Shown: positions 20,345 to 31,518, counted from the first letter of the stretch. The stretch is 64,000 nt of DNA from an uncultured Azospirillum sp. (GCA_947301965.1 CAMYUM010000001.1:190731-254730), one strand, 5' to 3'. The notes: generated by a model from the letters alone, not told the origin. A program made the numbers and translations.

Positions 20345-23068
20345 ATGATTGGTAAAATTGCAAAGGCGTTTTTTGGCAGTGCCAATGACCGTTTTATAAA
20401 AAAACAATATAAATTAGTAAATAAAATAAACTCATTGGAACCGTCAATGGAGGCCTTGAGCGATGAGGAGTTGCGCAATAAAACCGTTGAGTTTCGTGAC
20501 CGTTTAAAGCTTGGTGAAACTCTTGATGACTTGTTGCCTGAAGCGTTTGCTGTTGTGCGTGAGGCAGCTAAGAGAACTCTCGGACAGCGCCATTACGACG
20601 TACAGTTAATCGGCGGTCTTGTGTTGCATAAAGGTATGATTGCCGAAATGAAAACCGGTGAAGGTAAAACCTTGGTGGCGACGTTGGCGGCTTATTTGGA
20701 AGCGTTGCCGGGAACCGGCGTGCATATTGTTACGGTAAACGATTATTTGGCAAAGCGTGATGCCGAGTGGATGGGACAGATATATCGCTTTTTGGGGCTG
20801 ACGGTGGATTATATCGTACATGAAAAAAATGACGATGAGCGCCGCGCTGCCTACGCTTGTGATATTATATACGGAACGAATAACGAACTCGGGTTTGACT
20901 ATCTGCGCGATAATATGAAATTTAATCTCGCCGAAATGGTGCAAAGACCTTTCAATTTTGCGATTGTCGATGAGGTGGATTCGATTTTGATTGATGAGGC
21001 CAGAACACCTTTGATTATTTCGGGTGCGGCGGAAGATTCATCAGAAAAATATGTATCGGTTAACAGCATTATCCCGAGTTTGGTCGAAAGCGATTATGAA
21101 AAAGACGAAAAAGCCAAAAGCGTGGTTTTGACCGAAAGCGGTATGGAACACGTTGAAAAGCTTTTGAAAGAAAACGGCCTGATTAAAGAGGGCGGTTTGT
21201 ATGATGTCGGCAATGTTTCGCTGGTGCAACATGTTAATAATGCTTTACGTGCTCACAAAATGCAAACGCGCGATGTTGACTATATTGTGAAAGACGGCAA
21301 GGTAGTGATTATTGACGAGTTTACCGGCCGCATGATGGAAGGACGTCGCTATTCTGATGGTTTGCACCAGGCTATTGAAGCCAAAGAAGGAGTTAAAATT
21401 CAGTCGGAAAACCAGACTTTGGCATCAATCACTTTCCAAAATTATTTTCGTTTGTATCCGAAACTGTCGGGTATGACCGGTACGGCTATGACCGAAGAAG
21501 CAGAGTTTGTTGATATTTATGGCTTGTCGTGTATTGAAATTCCGACGAATCGTCCGATTAAGCGTGAAGACCTGCATGACGAAATTTATATGACGGCGGC
21601 CGAAAAATATGATGCAATTATTAAAACGATTTTGGAATGTCATGAGAAAGGACAGCCGGTTTTGGTCGGTACAACCTCAATTGAAAAATCAGAACTGGTT
21701 GCCGATTTGCTGAGTAAAAGAAGCAAAGTAAAATTTGAAGTGTTGAATGCTCGTCACCATGAACGCGAGGCGGCAATTGTCGCCCAGGCCGGTGTTTCGG
21801 GAGCAATTACAATTGCAACTAATATGGCCGGTCGCGGTACCGATATTCAACTTGGCGGTAATTTGGATATGCGTCTTAAAAATATGCTCAAGGGCGACGA
21901 AACCAAAGAGCAGATAGATGAGCTGAAAGCCAAATTGAAAAAAGAAATAGAGGAGGATAAGGCTAAAGTTATTGCCGCCGGCGGTTTGTTTATTTTGGGT
22001 ACGGAACGTCATGAAAGTCGCCGAATCGATAACCAATTGAGAGGTCGTTCCGGTCGACAGGGTGACCCGGGAACATCAAAATTTTTCCTGTCGATGGAAG
22101 ATGATTTGATGCGCATTTTCGGATCAGAAAGAATGTCGGCAATGCTTACTAAAATGGGAATGCCGAAGGGGGAACCTTTGGTCCATCCGTGGATAAGCAA
22201 AGCTCTTGAAAAGGCTCAACAGAAAGTTGAAGAACGTAACTTTGATATTCGTAAGAACCTACTCAAATATGACAATGTGATGAATGACCAAAGAAAGGTT
22301 GTTTATGAGCAACGTCGTGAGCTGATGATGGCAGAAGATGTTAGCGATACGGTTCGTGATATGCGTGCAGAATATTTGGGTGATGTTATTTCGACCTATA
22401 TTCAGCCGGGAACAGCTCCGAATGAGTGGAAGATTGATGAGCTTAAGCAAGAAATCGGGAGAATTACTGGCTTTCTGCTGCCAGTTGATGAGTGGAGTAA
22501 AGAAGCGGAAATTGACAGCGATGTTATGGAGCAAAGGATTGTCGATACAACCGAAAAATTATTACAAGAAAAGAACGCCGGTCTGCCGGAAGAAATTGTT
22601 CATATGGTTGAAAAAAATATTTTGCTGCAAGTGCTGGATCAGCTGTGGAAAGAGCATATTGCAAGTCTTGACTATATGAGATATACAATTGTTTTACGTG
22701 CATACGGGCAAAAAGATCCGTTGAACGAATATAAAAAAGAAGCGTTCAATATGTTCTCGGATATGCTGGATATGTTAAGAGAACGCGTAACATTCATTAC
22801 ATGTCGTGTTCAAATTCAACCGCAGAATGCCGAAGATTTGCAATTGCGCAGTACCCCGACGAGAATGCAGGAAGTACACGAAACCCCGCAAAATCTGTTA
22901 GGAGGGAATCGTCCGGAACCGCAAGAAAGAAACGTGCCGTTCAAATACGTGAAAACAGAAATTGATCCTAATGACCCAAGCACGTGGGGCAAAGTTTCGC
23001 GTAACGAGCCGTGTCCATGTGGAAGTGGTTTGAAATATAAACATTGTCACGGAAAGATTGCTGTTTGA
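20345..23068 (+). CDS. secA: preprotein translocase ATPase SecA
   Basis: The track start at 20333 is GTG. The ATG at 20345 ([12 protein letters not shown]…) is the canonical SecA N-terminus. The C-terminal zinc motif [14 protein letters not shown] is present. Confidence 0.9.
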   Translation: MIGKIAKAFFGSANDRFIKKQYKLVNKINSLEPSMEALSDEELRNKTVEFRDRLKLGETLDDLLPEAFAVVREAAKRTLGQRHYDVQLIGGLVLHKGMIAEMKTGEGKTLVATLAAYLEALPGTGVHIVTVNDYLAKRDAEWMGQIYRFLGLTVDYIVHEKNDDERRAAYACDIIYGTNNELGFDYLRDNMKFNLAEMVQRPFNFAIVDEVDSILIDEARTPLIISGAAEDSSEKYVSVNSIIPSLVESDYEKDEKAKSVVLTESGMEHVEKLLKENGLIKEGGLYDVGNVSLVQHVNNALRAHKMQTRDVDYIVKDGKVVIIDEFTGRMMEGRRYSDGLHQAIEAKEGVKIQSENQTLASITFQNYFRLYPKLSGMTGTAMTEEAEFVDIYGLSCIEIPTNRPIKREDLHDEIYMTAAEKYDAIIKTILECHEKGQPVLVGTTSIEKSELVADLLSKRSKVKFEVLNARHHEREAAIVAQAGVSGAITIATNMAGRGTDIQLGGNLDMRLKNMLKGDETKEQIDELKAKLKKEIEEDKAKVIAAGGLFILGTERHESRRIDNQLRGRSGRQGDPGTSKFFLSMEDDLMRIFGSERMSAMLTKMGMPKGEPLVHPWISKALEKAQQKVEERNFDIRKNLLKYDNVMNDQRKVVYEQRRELMMAEDVSDTVRDMRAEYLGDVISTYIQPGTAPNEWKIDELKQEIGRITGFLLPVDEWSKEAEIDSDVMEQRIVDTTEKLLQEKNAGLPEEIVHMVEKNILLQVLDQLWKEHIASLDYMRYTIVLRAYGQKDPLNEYKKEAFNMFSDMLDMLRERVTFITCRVQIQPQNAEDLQLRSTPTRMQEVHETPQNLLGGNRPEPQERNVPFKYVKTEIDPNDPSTWGKVSRNEPCPCGSGLKYKHCHGKIAV

Positions 23069-23075
23069 TAAATTA

Positions 23076-23105
23076 AGGTCGCCTTGTAATGGGCGGCCTT
23101 TTTTA
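23076..23105 (+). terminator. rho-independent terminator after secA
   Basis: aaggtcgccttgtaatgggcggcctttttt. Confidence 0.55.
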
Positions 23106-23169
23106 ACCTGAATTTAAGATGTGTATATATACAATACTATCACTTATTAATAACTGGAAAGGTCATGAA

Positions 23170-24276
23170 ATGAAAAAATATATACTTAGTTTGTTTTTGA
23201 TTGTGGCCCTTGTTGGCTGTGGAGAGAAAGCAGAAACCTCCAAAAAAATTGAAAAACCAACCATCAAAATTGGTGCGCAACTTCCTTTGAGTGGAGAATA
23301 TGCTCGCATCGGCTCTGCCAATCAACAGGCAATTATGATGGCTTTGGAAAAATGGAAAAACAAAAATACCAAGTATAATTATGACGTGGTATTTGAAGAT
23401 GACCAAATGTCGACCGCTCGCGCGGCAGTTGTTGCAAATAAACTTATTTCAAGTGACAAGGTTAAAGCCATTATTTCTACTTGGGGGATTGTTGGTCCGG
23501 TTGTTGCCAATATCGCTGATCAAAACAAAGTTTTGAGCATGGCTTGTGCCGGCATGAAAGAAATTACCACTCCATACTATTCTTTTAATCATTTTACCCA
23601 AGATGACAAATTGGCAGAAAAGCTAATTCCGTTGTTGAAGGAAAATAATGTAAATTCTGTGGTATTGGTATATACGGCAGCCGCTGCCTATGACGAAAAA
23701 GCCAAAGTTATGGAAGCAAAGTTGAAAGAAAGCAATATTGATGTTTTGGCTGTTGAAAGATATAATATTCAAGAAAATGATTTTAGAATATCAATATATA
23801 AAATGGAGGAACTCAATCCTGATGCATATATAAATTTTGTTCTTATGCCGGGAACCCCAAGTTTTATCAGACAGTTTAACGAAATTACCAAAGGCAATCG
23901 TATGATGGTAGGCTTGCACGTTTTCAACGAAATGCCATCTCAATATTGGCCGATGGTTGAAGGATTATATTCAGTTAGAGATTCCAATGGAACTGCCGAG
24001 TTTAGCAAATCTTTCAAAGAGAGAACTCAAGTTGATAATCAGCCATGCAATGGCAACCATTTTGACAATTTAGATTTGTTAATTTGGGCATTTGAAAATA
24101 CGCCACTTCGTGAAGGCGAAAAACTTCCGAATACTGAAGATGTTGTAAAAACGCTCCACGGAATAAAAAATTGGTATGGTGCTGTTGGAGAAATTTCGGT
24201 TGAAGATTCAGGCTTGATTAACTCTGAAGCAATATTAGAGATATATAGAGATGGCAAACCTGTAATTGTTGAATAA
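23170..24276 (+). CDS. ABC-transporter substrate-binding lipoprotein, type-I periplasmic binding fold (Leu/Ile/Val-binding-like), orphan
   Basis: Start MKKYILSLFLIVALVGCGEK (lipobox LVGC) with RBS ggaaagg. ANF_receptor-like composition. No permease or ATPase gene lies adjacent. Confidence 0.55.
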   Translation: MKKYILSLFLIVALVGCGEKAETSKKIEKPTIKIGAQLPLSGEYARIGSANQQAIMMALEKWKNKNTKYNYDVVFEDDQMSTARAAVVANKLISSDKVKAIISTWGIVGPVVANIADQNKVLSMACAGMKEITTPYYSFNHFTQDDKLAEKLIPLLKENNVNSVVLVYTAAAAYDEKAKVMEAKLKESNIDVLAVERYNIQENDFRISIYKMEELNPDAYINFVLMPGTPSFIRQFNEITKGNRMMVGLHVFNEMPSQYWPMVEGLYSVRDSNGTAEFSKSFKERTQVDNQPCNGNHFDNLDLLIWAFENTPLREGEKLPNTEDVVKTLHGIKNWYGAVGEISVEDSGLINSEAILEIYRDGKPVIVE

Positions 24277-24306
24277 TAAAATTCGCAGTTGCTGTTTAGT
24301 TTTGAA

Positions 24307-24335
24307 AAGCCGCTCTAATCAAGCGGCTTTTTAAT
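24307..24335. terminator. bidirectional terminator between SBP gene and glycosylase gene
   Basis: aaagccgct ctaatca agcggcttttt. Confidence 0.5.
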
Positions 24336-24344
24336 TTTCTGTGT

Positions 24345-24905
24345 TTATTTGTCCTTATCAATTTTATAATATGATGGGATATCAGGTTGCAAACCTCCGC
24401 AAATGATATTTTTCTTACTAAAACATATAAATTGTAATAAGGCATATTCCCACTCTTTAAGCTTTGTTTTGTCTGGTATTGAGGCATTAGCTGGACTTGT
24501 AGAGGGAAGTTGTCGGTATATTCGGTCGTTTAGATATTCTGCATTATATTTTTCAAAATATTTTTGTGCCTTTTTGCCATTAAATAAAACATACTGGACA
24601 GATTGAAATTTAGAAAAATCATTGTATTGCTCTTTTTTTATTTTTGAATCTAAACTTCCTTCTCTTTCGCATACTGATAAAGCATCCCACAGTCCAATAT
24701 TATATTTTTGCAAGAGCTGTTTCTTTTCGTCTTTAGTTTTTAATTCGTTGCTTTTATTTAATATTTTTTCAATATACGACCAAAACTTATTATGAGGATT
24801 TGCATAATACATTTGCTCATAAATAGATTGTTCCCCTGGCATTGTGCCGACAATTAAAATGCGCGTATTTTCATTTATCCATGGTTCTAAACATTTCTTT
24901 TTCAT
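24345..24905 (-). CDS. DNA-deoxyinosine (hypoxanthine-DNA) glycosylase, UDG superfamily family 6
   Basis: 186 aa. ILIVGTMPGEQSI…MYYANPHNKFW and LWDALSVCEREGSLDSKI match the characteristic motifs of the hypoxanthine-DNA-glycosylase family as I recall them. Confidence 0.6.
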   Translation of the reverse strand: MKKKCLEPWINENTRILIVGTMPGEQSIYEQMYYANPHNKFWSYIEKILNKSNELKTKDEKKQLLQKYNIGLWDALSVCEREGSLDSKIKKEQYNDFSKFQSVQYVLFNGKKAQKYFEKYNAEYLNDRIYRQLPSTSPANASIPDKTKLKEWEYALLQFICFSKKNIICGGLQPDIPSYYKIDKDK

Positions 24906-24920
24906 ATTATTCTCCTATGC

Positions 24921-25310
24921 TTATTGCTTCTTTTTAGCTTTGGTTTCTATAACGTTGTAATTGTAACAAGCCCAAATCAAAGCAATTAACCAACCGACGA
25001 ATGTCCATCCAGCAAGAAGGTTTAACAAAAAAACAGGTAAGATTTGATTATGATTCCTGTACAAAGCTATAAAATAAGGGATAAAATATATAAATGTTAA
25101 AACAACCTCAGCAATTATAAATACTGAAATAAAAACAACTTTAGAAGTTACTTCAATTTCAACGCCGTGAAGGTCAACCCAAAAAGGAGGTTCAATTCCA
25201 TAAAAAATATTAATCGGAACTAATGATTCTAGGATTATCAATATACACGAGATAATAAATGTCCAGTCTTTAGTATTTAAACTTTCTTCTTTAATCTCTT
25301 TCTTTTTCAT
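24921..25310 (-). CDS. small membrane protein of the superinfection-immunity (Imm_superinfect-like) family
   Basis: 129 aa with 3 predicted TM helices. The C-terminal YFIPYFIALYRNHNQI…LNLLAGWTFVGWLIALIWA matches the signature of that family (…GWTxxGWxxALIWA). Confidence 0.45.
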   Translation of the reverse strand: MKKKEIKEESLNTKDWTFIISCILIILESLVPINIFYGIEPPFWVDLHGVEIEVTSKVVFISVFIIAEVVLTFIYFIPYFIALYRNHNQILPVFLLNLLAGWTFVGWLIALIWACYNYNVIETKAKKKQ

Positions 25311-25604
25311 ATTCTTTTTTCTTTATATTATTCCGAGCTAATATAAAAAGTTTATCATCTGTTAATTATATTTCAATAGGTTTTATCTGTAGAACAATTA
25401 ACAAAGAATTATTGATGTTCATAGTATTTTGGAAACCAAGTGGAAATAACGCCTCATTTTTCTCTTGACTCTGATAATTAATCTGTTATGTTGAGCGCAG
25501 TTTCAATGATTTTTCATTGTGAGTTTTTGTTTTAACCACTCTACGGAGTGCCGCCAGTCAGCGAGGGTTCGCACACTGGCGTGCAATAGTTTGTATAGGT
25601 TTGT

Positions 25605-26981
25605 ATGTTCGAAAATTTGACAGATAAACTGGGCAGCGTGTTTGCCAAAATAACCTCAAGAGGTGTCTTGAATGAAAAAGACATTGATGAGGCTATGCGC
25701 GAAATTCGTGTTGCGTTATTGGAGGCAGATGTTGCTCTGCCGGTAGTCAAAGAGTTTATTGCCAAAGTTAAAGAACAGGCTCTGGGCGAGAAGGTTATTC
25801 GCTCAATTCAGCCCGGGCAGATGGTGATTAAAATTGTTCACGATGAATTGGTAAAAGTTTTGGGAGCAGATGAAAGTTCCTTAAACTTTAATGTGGTACC
25901 TCCAGCGGTTATTTTAATGACCGGTTTGCAAGGTTCCGGCAAAACAACAACCTCCGCAAAATTAGCCAAGATGTTGGGTAAAAAGCGTAAAGTTATGTTG
26001 GCATCGTTGGACGTTTATCGTCCGGCCGCTCAGGAGCAGTTGGCACAATTGGCAGATCAAATCGGCGGTTCAAGTTTGCCGATTGTGCAATGGCAGAAAC
26101 CGTTGGAAATTACAAGGCGGGCATTAGATGCAGCTAAAAAAGGCGGCTATGATGTTTTGATTTTGGACTCAGCCGGACGTTTACATATTGATAATGATTT
26201 GATGAATGAGTTGGTTGAAGTTAAAAAAATTGCAACTCCGGCGGAAATTTTGTTGGTGGCCGATGCAATGATGGGGCAAGATGCTTGCAATGTTGCAAAA
26301 GAGTTCAATGAAAAACTCGGTGTTACCGGAATCGTACTGACGCGAATCGACGGCTCATCACGTGCCGGTGCGGCTTTGTCAATGCGTATGGTGGCACAGG
26401 TGCCGGTCAAGTTTTTGGGTACCGGAGAAAAGATTGATGAATTTGAAGAATTTCATCCAGACCGCATTGCCGGACGTATTTTAGGACAAGGCGATGTAAT
26501 CAGTTTGGTCGAAAACGCAATTGAAAAAATTGATCGTGAAGAAGCTGACAAGATGGCACAACAAATGATGAAAGGTAAGTTTGATCTTGATGATTTGTTG
26601 AGCCAGTTGAGGCAAATTCAAAAACTGGGCAGTTTGGGCGGAATAATGTCGATGATCCCTGGGATGTCCAAGTTTAAAAATCAAATAGAAAATGCCGGAA
26701 TCGGTGACAATCTTATTAAAAAGCAAGAAGCAATTATTCTTTCAATGACAAAACTGGAAAGAAAATCTCCGGATGTGATTAAAGCTTCACGCAAAAAAAG
26801 AATTGCCGCCGGTGCAGGTGTGGAAGTTCATGAGGTCAATAAGCTCTTAAAACAATATGAGCAGATGGCCGGAATGATGAAAAAATTCGGCAACGGCGGC
26901 TTGAGCGGCATGATGTCGATGATGAAAAAATTTCCGATGGGCAATTTGCACGGAGGAATGGGAAACAGGTTTCCGTTTTAA
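25605..26981 (+). CDS. ffh: signal recognition particle protein Ffh
   Basis: 458 aa; N/G domains (GLQGSGKTTT) and Met-rich M domain. Confidence 0.9.
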   Translation: MFENLTDKLGSVFAKITSRGVLNEKDIDEAMREIRVALLEADVALPVVKEFIAKVKEQALGEKVIRSIQPGQMVIKIVHDELVKVLGADESSLNFNVVPPAVILMTGLQGSGKTTTSAKLAKMLGKKRKVMLASLDVYRPAAQEQLAQLADQIGGSSLPIVQWQKPLEITRRALDAAKKGGYDVLILDSAGRLHIDNDLMNELVEVKKIATPAEILLVADAMMGQDACNVAKEFNEKLGVTGIVLTRIDGSSRAGAALSMRMVAQVPVKFLGTGEKIDEFEEFHPDRIAGRILGQGDVISLVENAIEKIDREEADKMAQQMMKGKFDLDDLLSQLRQIQKLGSLGGIMSMIPGMSKFKNQIENAGIGDNLIKKQEAIILSMTKLERKSPDVIKASRKKRIAAGAGVEVHEVNKLLKQYEQMAGMMKKFGNGGLSGMMSMMKKFPMGNLHGGMGNRFPF

Positions 26982-27032
26982 GCCATTAGGGCGGAAATTG
27001 TTTTTTTAATTTAATTTAGAAAGGAATATAAA

Positions 27033-27419
27033 ATGGCAGTTCGTATCAGATTATCTCGCGGAGGTTCTAAAAAGCGTCCGTTTTATCGTATTGTGGCAGC
27101 TGATTCAAGAGCTCCTCGCGATGGTAGATTTATTGAAAAACTCGGAACATACAATCCATTGTTGCCTCAAGACCATGAGCAAAGATTGGTTGTTAATGCT
27201 GAGAGAGTTAAATATTGGCTCGGTATCGGTGCTTTGCCGACAGAAAGATTGGCAAAATTGTTCTCTAATCTTGGTTTGACTAAGGCTCCGACAATACATG
27301 AACAACCGAAAAAATCTGCTCCTAAAGCTAAAGCTGTTGAGAGAATGAAAGCTAAAGAAGAAGCTGCTAAGGCTGCTGCCGAAGCTACATCTGCGGCAAC
27401 CGAAGGAAGTGCAGAATAA
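27033..27419 (+). CDS. rpsP: 30S ribosomal protein S16 with Ala/Lys/Glu-rich C-terminal tail
   Basis: [21 protein letters not shown]…; ~45-aa low-complexity tail. Confidence 0.9.
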   Translation: MAVRIRLSRGGSKKRPFYRIVAADSRAPRDGRFIEKLGTYNPLLPQDHEQRLVVNAERVKYWLGIGALPTERLAKLFSNLGLTKAPTIHEQPKKSAPKAKAVERMKAKEEAAKAAAEATSAATEGSAE

Positions 27420-27434
27420 TTTAAGGATTTTTAG

Positions 27435-27980
27435 ATGCAGAATCGTTCAAAAATTTGTCTGGGTGCAGTTGTCGGTGTCCACGGTATTAAGGGTGAAGTA
27501 AAAGTAAAAAGCTTTACCGAACAAGATCGTAATATCGACAAGTATGGCGTGTTGACGGATCAAAAAGGGCGATCTCTGGAAATAAAAGTAGTCGGTCATT
27601 CGAAAGAATTATTGCGAGTTAAAATTAAGGGAGTTGATGATAGAAATCTTGCGCAGACATTTATCGGAACGCAATTGTTTGCGGAACGTGATGTGCTGCC
27701 ACCACTGACCAATAAAGAAGAGTTTTACCAGGCAGATTTGATCGGTCTAGACGTTCGCGAAGCTGCTTCGGGTAATGTGGCAGGCAAGATTGTGGGAATT
27801 TATAACTTTGGTGCGGGCGATATTCTGGAAATCAAAGTTAAACAAAGCGGAAAACTTGAAATGATTCCTTTTAATCACGCATATGTGCCGACGGTCAATA
27901 TCGAAGATGGTTATATTATTGTAAATTCTGTTTCAATGCAGTTTGAACCGGAAGATGGAGAAGAAGGTGCTGAAAGCTAA
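27435..27980 (+). CDS. rimM: ribosome maturation factor RimM
   Basis: 181 aa; RimM N-domain and PRC barrel. Confidence 0.8.
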   Translation: MQNRSKICLGAVVGVHGIKGEVKVKSFTEQDRNIDKYGVLTDQKGRSLEIKVVGHSKELLRVKIKGVDDRNLAQTFIGTQLFAERDVLPPLTNKEEFYQADLIGLDVREAASGNVAGKIVGIYNFGAGDILEIKVKQSGKLEMIPFNHAYVPTVNIEDGYIIVNSVSMQFEPEDGEEGAES

Positions 27981-28659
27981 AATCTTTACCATTTTTCCCG
28001 AAATTTTCCCAGGTTTTTTGGGCTATTCTTTAACCGGAAAAGCTCTGGATGAAGGGGTTTGGACAATTGAAACAATTAATATCAGGGACTATGCAACAGA
28101 CAAGCACGGTTCGGTTGATGATACACCTTGCGGAGGCGGGGCAGGAATGGTAATGCGCCCGGATATTTTGGGGGCGGCAATCAAAGCCAATTATTCAAAA
28201 GGAAGAATTTTGGCGATGAGCCCGAAGGGGAAACCTCTTACGCAAGAAATGGTCAAAGAACTGGCGCAGGAAGATGAAATAGCAATTGTCTGCGGCCGTT
28301 TTGAGGGGATAGATGAGAGAGTCATTGAAGCTTATGGAATAGAGGAAGTAAGCATCGGTGATTATGTCTTGACCGGCGGTGAGCAGGCAGCACAGATTTT
28401 GCTTGATGCGGTGGTGCGTTTGTTGCCCGGAGTATTGGGAAATTCCGAATCAACATTGTCAGAAAGTTTTGAGGACAATTTGTTGGAGTATCCGCAATAT
28501 ACTCGTCCGACAGAATGGGAAGGACGCAAGGTGCCTGAAGTGTTATTGGGCGGCCATCATAAAAAAATCAGTGATTGGCGTAAGGAACAAGCAATAAAAA
28601 CCACTCAAGAGAGAAGACCGGACCTATGGAAAAAATATCTTGACTCTAAAAGGGTTTAA
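27955..28659 (+). CDS. trmD: tRNA (guanine37-N1)-methyltransferase TrmD
   Basis: KIFTIFPEIF… SPOUT-class sequence. The start is ambiguous: ATG at 27943 or 27955, or GTG at 27967 behind GGAGAAGAAGG. All candidates overlap the rimM 3' end. Confidence 0.85.
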   Translation: MEKKVLKAKIFTIFPEIFPGFLGYSLTGKALDEGVWTIETINIRDYATDKHGSVDDTPCGGGAGMVMRPDILGAAIKANYSKGRILAMSPKGKPLTQEMVKELAQEDEIAIVCGRFEGIDERVIEAYGIEEVSIGDYVLTGGEQAAQILLDAVVRLLPGVLGNSESTLSESFEDNLLEYPQYTRPTEWEGRKVPEVLLGGHHKKISDWRKEQAIKTTQERRPDLWKKYLDSKRV

Positions 28660-28699
28660 GCATAGAAAGTAACAAACATTTTAAGAAAAGGTAACAGTT

Positions 28700-29086
28700 A
28701 TGAACATTTTGAAAGAAGTTGAAAAAGAGCAGATTGCAAAGCTCAGCGAAGGAAAGAACTTTCCTGAGTTTAAGGCAGGCGATACTTTGAGAGTTCACAC
28801 CAAAGTTAAAGAAGGTGACAGAGAACGTATTCAGGTTTATGAAGGCGTTTGCATTGCCCGTAAAAATGATGGTTTGAATTCTTCATTTACCGTTCGTAAA
28901 ATCTCTTTCGGTGAGGGCGTAGAGCGTGTATTTCCGCTGTATTCACCGAATATTGCCAAGATTGAGGTTTCTCGTATCGGTAAAGTTCGTCGTGCAAAAT
29001 TGTATTTCTTACGTGCTTTGCGCGGTCGTTCGGCTCGTATTGCCGACGATTTGTCTGCTTCTGCAAAGGCTAAAGACGCAGAATAG
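28700..29086 (+). CDS. rplS: 50S ribosomal protein L19
   Basis: 128 aa; canonical L19 sequence. Confidence 0.9.
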   Translation: MNILKEVEKEQIAKLSEGKNFPEFKAGDTLRVHTKVKEGDRERIQVYEGVCIARKNDGLNSSFTVRKISFGEGVERVFPLYSPNIAKIEVSRIGKVRRAKLYFLRALRGRSARIADDLSASAKAKDAE

Positions 29087-29107
29087 TTTTTAGCAAAAGC
29101 TTGTTTG

Positions 29108-29146
29108 ATAATCAGCCGCTTTATTTTTAGAGCGGCTGATTTTTTG
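29108..29146 (+). terminator. rho-independent terminator after rplS (stem ATCAGCCGC/GCGGCTGAT)
   Basis: gataatcagccgctttatttttagagcggctgattttttg. Confidence 0.6.
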
Positions 29147-29439
29147 TCTAAACGGATCAAAAAGAGAATCGTGAATTTGACTCAACGGGAGTCAGAGCAA
29201 GCGATTCCGGTTTTGTAAAAAAATAAAAAAATATGATTTTTTTGCTTGCATTATAATATTGAATATGTTACAAAGCGCACACATTAACTGGGTGGACAGG
29301 AAGAATTAGTCCATTCGGTTGTAATAAAAAATATCCCGCAAATCCTTGAATTTTATAGGTTTTTGCATAGGTTAATTGTTTAGTCGGCCAGTTCGCTAAA
29401 TGCGAATCGTGCCGTCTAGTTATAGGAAAAGTATTTAAA

Positions 29440-29751
29440 ATGATGGATACACAAAATATAAGAATTCGCCTCAAGGCTTTTGATCATCGTTTGCTCGATT
29501 TATCTACAACAGAAATCGTTCATACAGCCAAAAGAACAGGGGCAAATGTAAGAGGTCCGATACCTCTTCCGACACGAATTGAGAAGTTTACGGTTAACCG
29601 TTCTCCCCACGTAGATAAAAAATCTCGTGAGCAGTTCGAAATCAGAACCCACAAAAGACTTCTTGACATCGTTGACCCAACACCGCAAACCGTAGATGCT
29701 TTGATGAAGCTTGATTTGGCAGCCGGTGTTAATGTCGAAATTAAACTGTAA
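29440..29751 (+). CDS. rpsJ: 30S ribosomal protein S10
   Basis: [14 protein letters not shown]… canonical; ~350-bp untranslated leader upstream; no tuf upstream. Confidence 0.9.
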   Translation: MMDTQNIRIRLKAFDHRLLDLSTTEIVHTAKRTGANVRGPIPLPTRIEKFTVNRSPHVDKKSREQFEIRTHKRLLDIVDPTPQTVDALMKLDLAAGVNVEIKL

Positions 29752-29843
29752 TTGTTTGTTATAAATAATTACCCGTAATAATAAAGCAATGTTGGCTTTC
29801 GTGAAATAAAGTTAGTCAACCTATTGAAAAGGAAAAAATAAAA

Positions 29844-30563
29844 ATGCGTACTGGTTTGATCGCAAAAAAATTGGGAATGTCCCGTATTTTTGAAGCAAAC
29901 GGAACTCATGTACCGGTTACTGTTTTGAGTGTTGACAATCTTCAGGTTGTTGCAGTTAAGACAAAAGAAAAAGACGGCTATGATGCTGTTCAGCTCGGTA
30001 CCGGTGCTGTTAAAGCCAAGAATGTTTCAAAAGCTTTGAAAGGACATTTTGCCAAGGCTAATGTTGAGCCTAAAAAGAAATTGGGTGAGTTCAGAGTTTC
30101 TGAAGACTGCCTGCTTTCTGTCGGTTCTGAATTATCTGTAGAACATTTTGTCTGCGGACAATATGTTGATGTTTGTGCAACCTCTTTAGGTAAGGGTTTT
30201 GCCGGTGTTATGAAACGTCATAACTTTGCCGGTTTGGAAGCCAGCCACGGTGTTTCTATTTCTCACCGTTCACATGGTTCTACAGGTCAAAGACAGGACC
30301 CGGGTAAAGTATTCAAAGGCAAAAAGATGGCCGGCCACATGGGTGCTGAACGCGTAACCGTTCAAAACCTGAAAGTTGTGGCTATTGATGCTGACAAAGG
30401 TTTGATTATGGTTAAGGGCGGTGTTCCCGGCGGTGAAAACGCTTGGGTTCGTGTTACCGATGCCGTTAAGAAAACAGCTAATGTAAAGCTTCCTTTGCCT
30501 GCTGGTTTGAAAAAAGTTGATGCACCTGTCGCAGTTAAAGCTGAAACAGCTGATAATGCATAA
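29844..30563 (+). CDS. rplC: 50S ribosomal protein L3
   Basis: 239 aa; canonical L3. Confidence 0.9.
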   Translation: MRTGLIAKKLGMSRIFEANGTHVPVTVLSVDNLQVVAVKTKEKDGYDAVQLGTGAVKAKNVSKALKGHFAKANVEPKKKLGEFRVSEDCLLSVGSELSVEHFVCGQYVDVCATSLGKGFAGVMKRHNFAGLEASHGVSISHRSHGSTGQRQDPGKVFKGKKMAGHMGAERVTVQNLKVVAIDADKGLIMVKGGVPGGENAWVRVTDAVKKTANVKLPLPAGLKKVDAPVAVKAETADNA

Positions 30564-30571
30564 GATAAAGG

Positions 30572-31201
30572 ATGAAAGTTATGAAACAGGACATCTTAAG
30601 TTTAGATAATAAAAACGTTGGTTCAATTGAACTTAATGAATCGATTTTCGGTTTGGAAGTCAGAGCTGATGTTTTACAAAGGGTTGTAAGATGGCAATTA
30701 GCCAAAATGCAAGCCGGCACCCACAAAACCAAGGGTCGCTCGGAAGTTGCTTTGACACCTTCGAAACCTTTCAAACAAAAAGGTTCCGGTAATGCCCGTC
30801 AAGGTAGCCGTAAGGGTACTCAGTTTAGAAAGGGTGGAGTTGTGTTTGGTCCGGTTGTTCGTGACCAGTCACATGAGTTGACCAAGAAATTCAGACAACT
30901 GGGTCTGAAGATTGCTCTTTCTTCAAAAGTGAAGGAAGGCAACTTGGCAGTTATTGACGAAGCAAAATTGTCTTCTCCAAAGACTAAAGATTTGCAAAGC
31001 AAGTTGAATAATTTGGGATGGAACAATTGTTTGTTTATCGCCGGTAACGAAGTAGATATTAATTTTGCTTTGGCATCACGCAATATTGCCGGTGTAGATG
31101 TTTTGCCGACAATGGGTGCCAATGTATATGACATCTTAAGAAGAGACAAACTGGTGTTGACTAAAGACGCCGTTAACTGCTTGGAGGAAAGACTGAAATG
31201 A
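30572..31201 (+). CDS. rplD: 50S ribosomal protein L4
   Basis: 209 aa. Confidence 0.9.
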   Translation: MKVMKQDILSLDNKNVGSIELNESIFGLEVRADVLQRVVRWQLAKMQAGTHKTKGRSEVALTPSKPFKQKGSGNARQGSRKGTQFRKGGVVFGPVVRDQSHELTKKFRQLGLKIALSSKVKEGNLAVIDEAKLSSPKTKDLQSKLNNLGWNNCLFIAGNEVDINFALASRNIAGVDVLPTMGANVYDILRRDKLVLTKDAVNCLEERLK

Positions 31202-31515
31202 AAAAGAGTGCAAAAGCCAACAATGTAGTTGCGTCAATGTACGACACATTGGTTCGTCCGGTAATCACTGAGAAGTCTATGCTTGCGTCTGAGAACGGAA
31301 AGATTGTTTTTAAAGTTCCCGCTGATGCCAGCAAAGAAGCCATTAAGGCTGCCGTAGAAGCTATTTTTAGCGTAAAGGTCGTTAAAGTGAATACTATTCG
31401 TCAGTTTGGCAAGGTTAAAAGATTTAAAGGTTATGTCGGACAACGTTCTGACTATAAAAAAGCTTTGGTTACTCTTGCCGAAGGTCAAAATATTGATGTT
31501 ACAACAGGAATTTAA
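31198..31515 (+). CDS. rplW: 50S ribosomal protein L23
   Basis: 105 aa; overlaps rplD by 4 nt. Confidence 0.9.
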   Translation: MKKSAKANNVVASMYDTLVRPVITEKSMLASENGKIVFKVPADASKEAIKAAVEAIFSVKVVKVNTIRQFGKVKRFKGYVGQRSDYKKALVTLAEGQNIDVTTGI

Positions 31516-31518
31516 AAG

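Noticed and set aside
25311-25604. Possible SRP RNA (ffs) or other ncRNA in the 290-bp gap upstream of ffh
   Set aside because: No conserved 4.5S RNA domain-IV-like GGAAGCAGCC-type motif or convincing helix was found. The gap is most likely a promoter region and AT-rich spacer.
29087-29439. Missing tuf upstream of rpsJ and a long S10 leader taken as a sign of mis-assembly
   Set aside because: The rplS terminator and a ~300-nt leader are intact. tuf is simply located elsewhere, as in several alphaproteobacteria.
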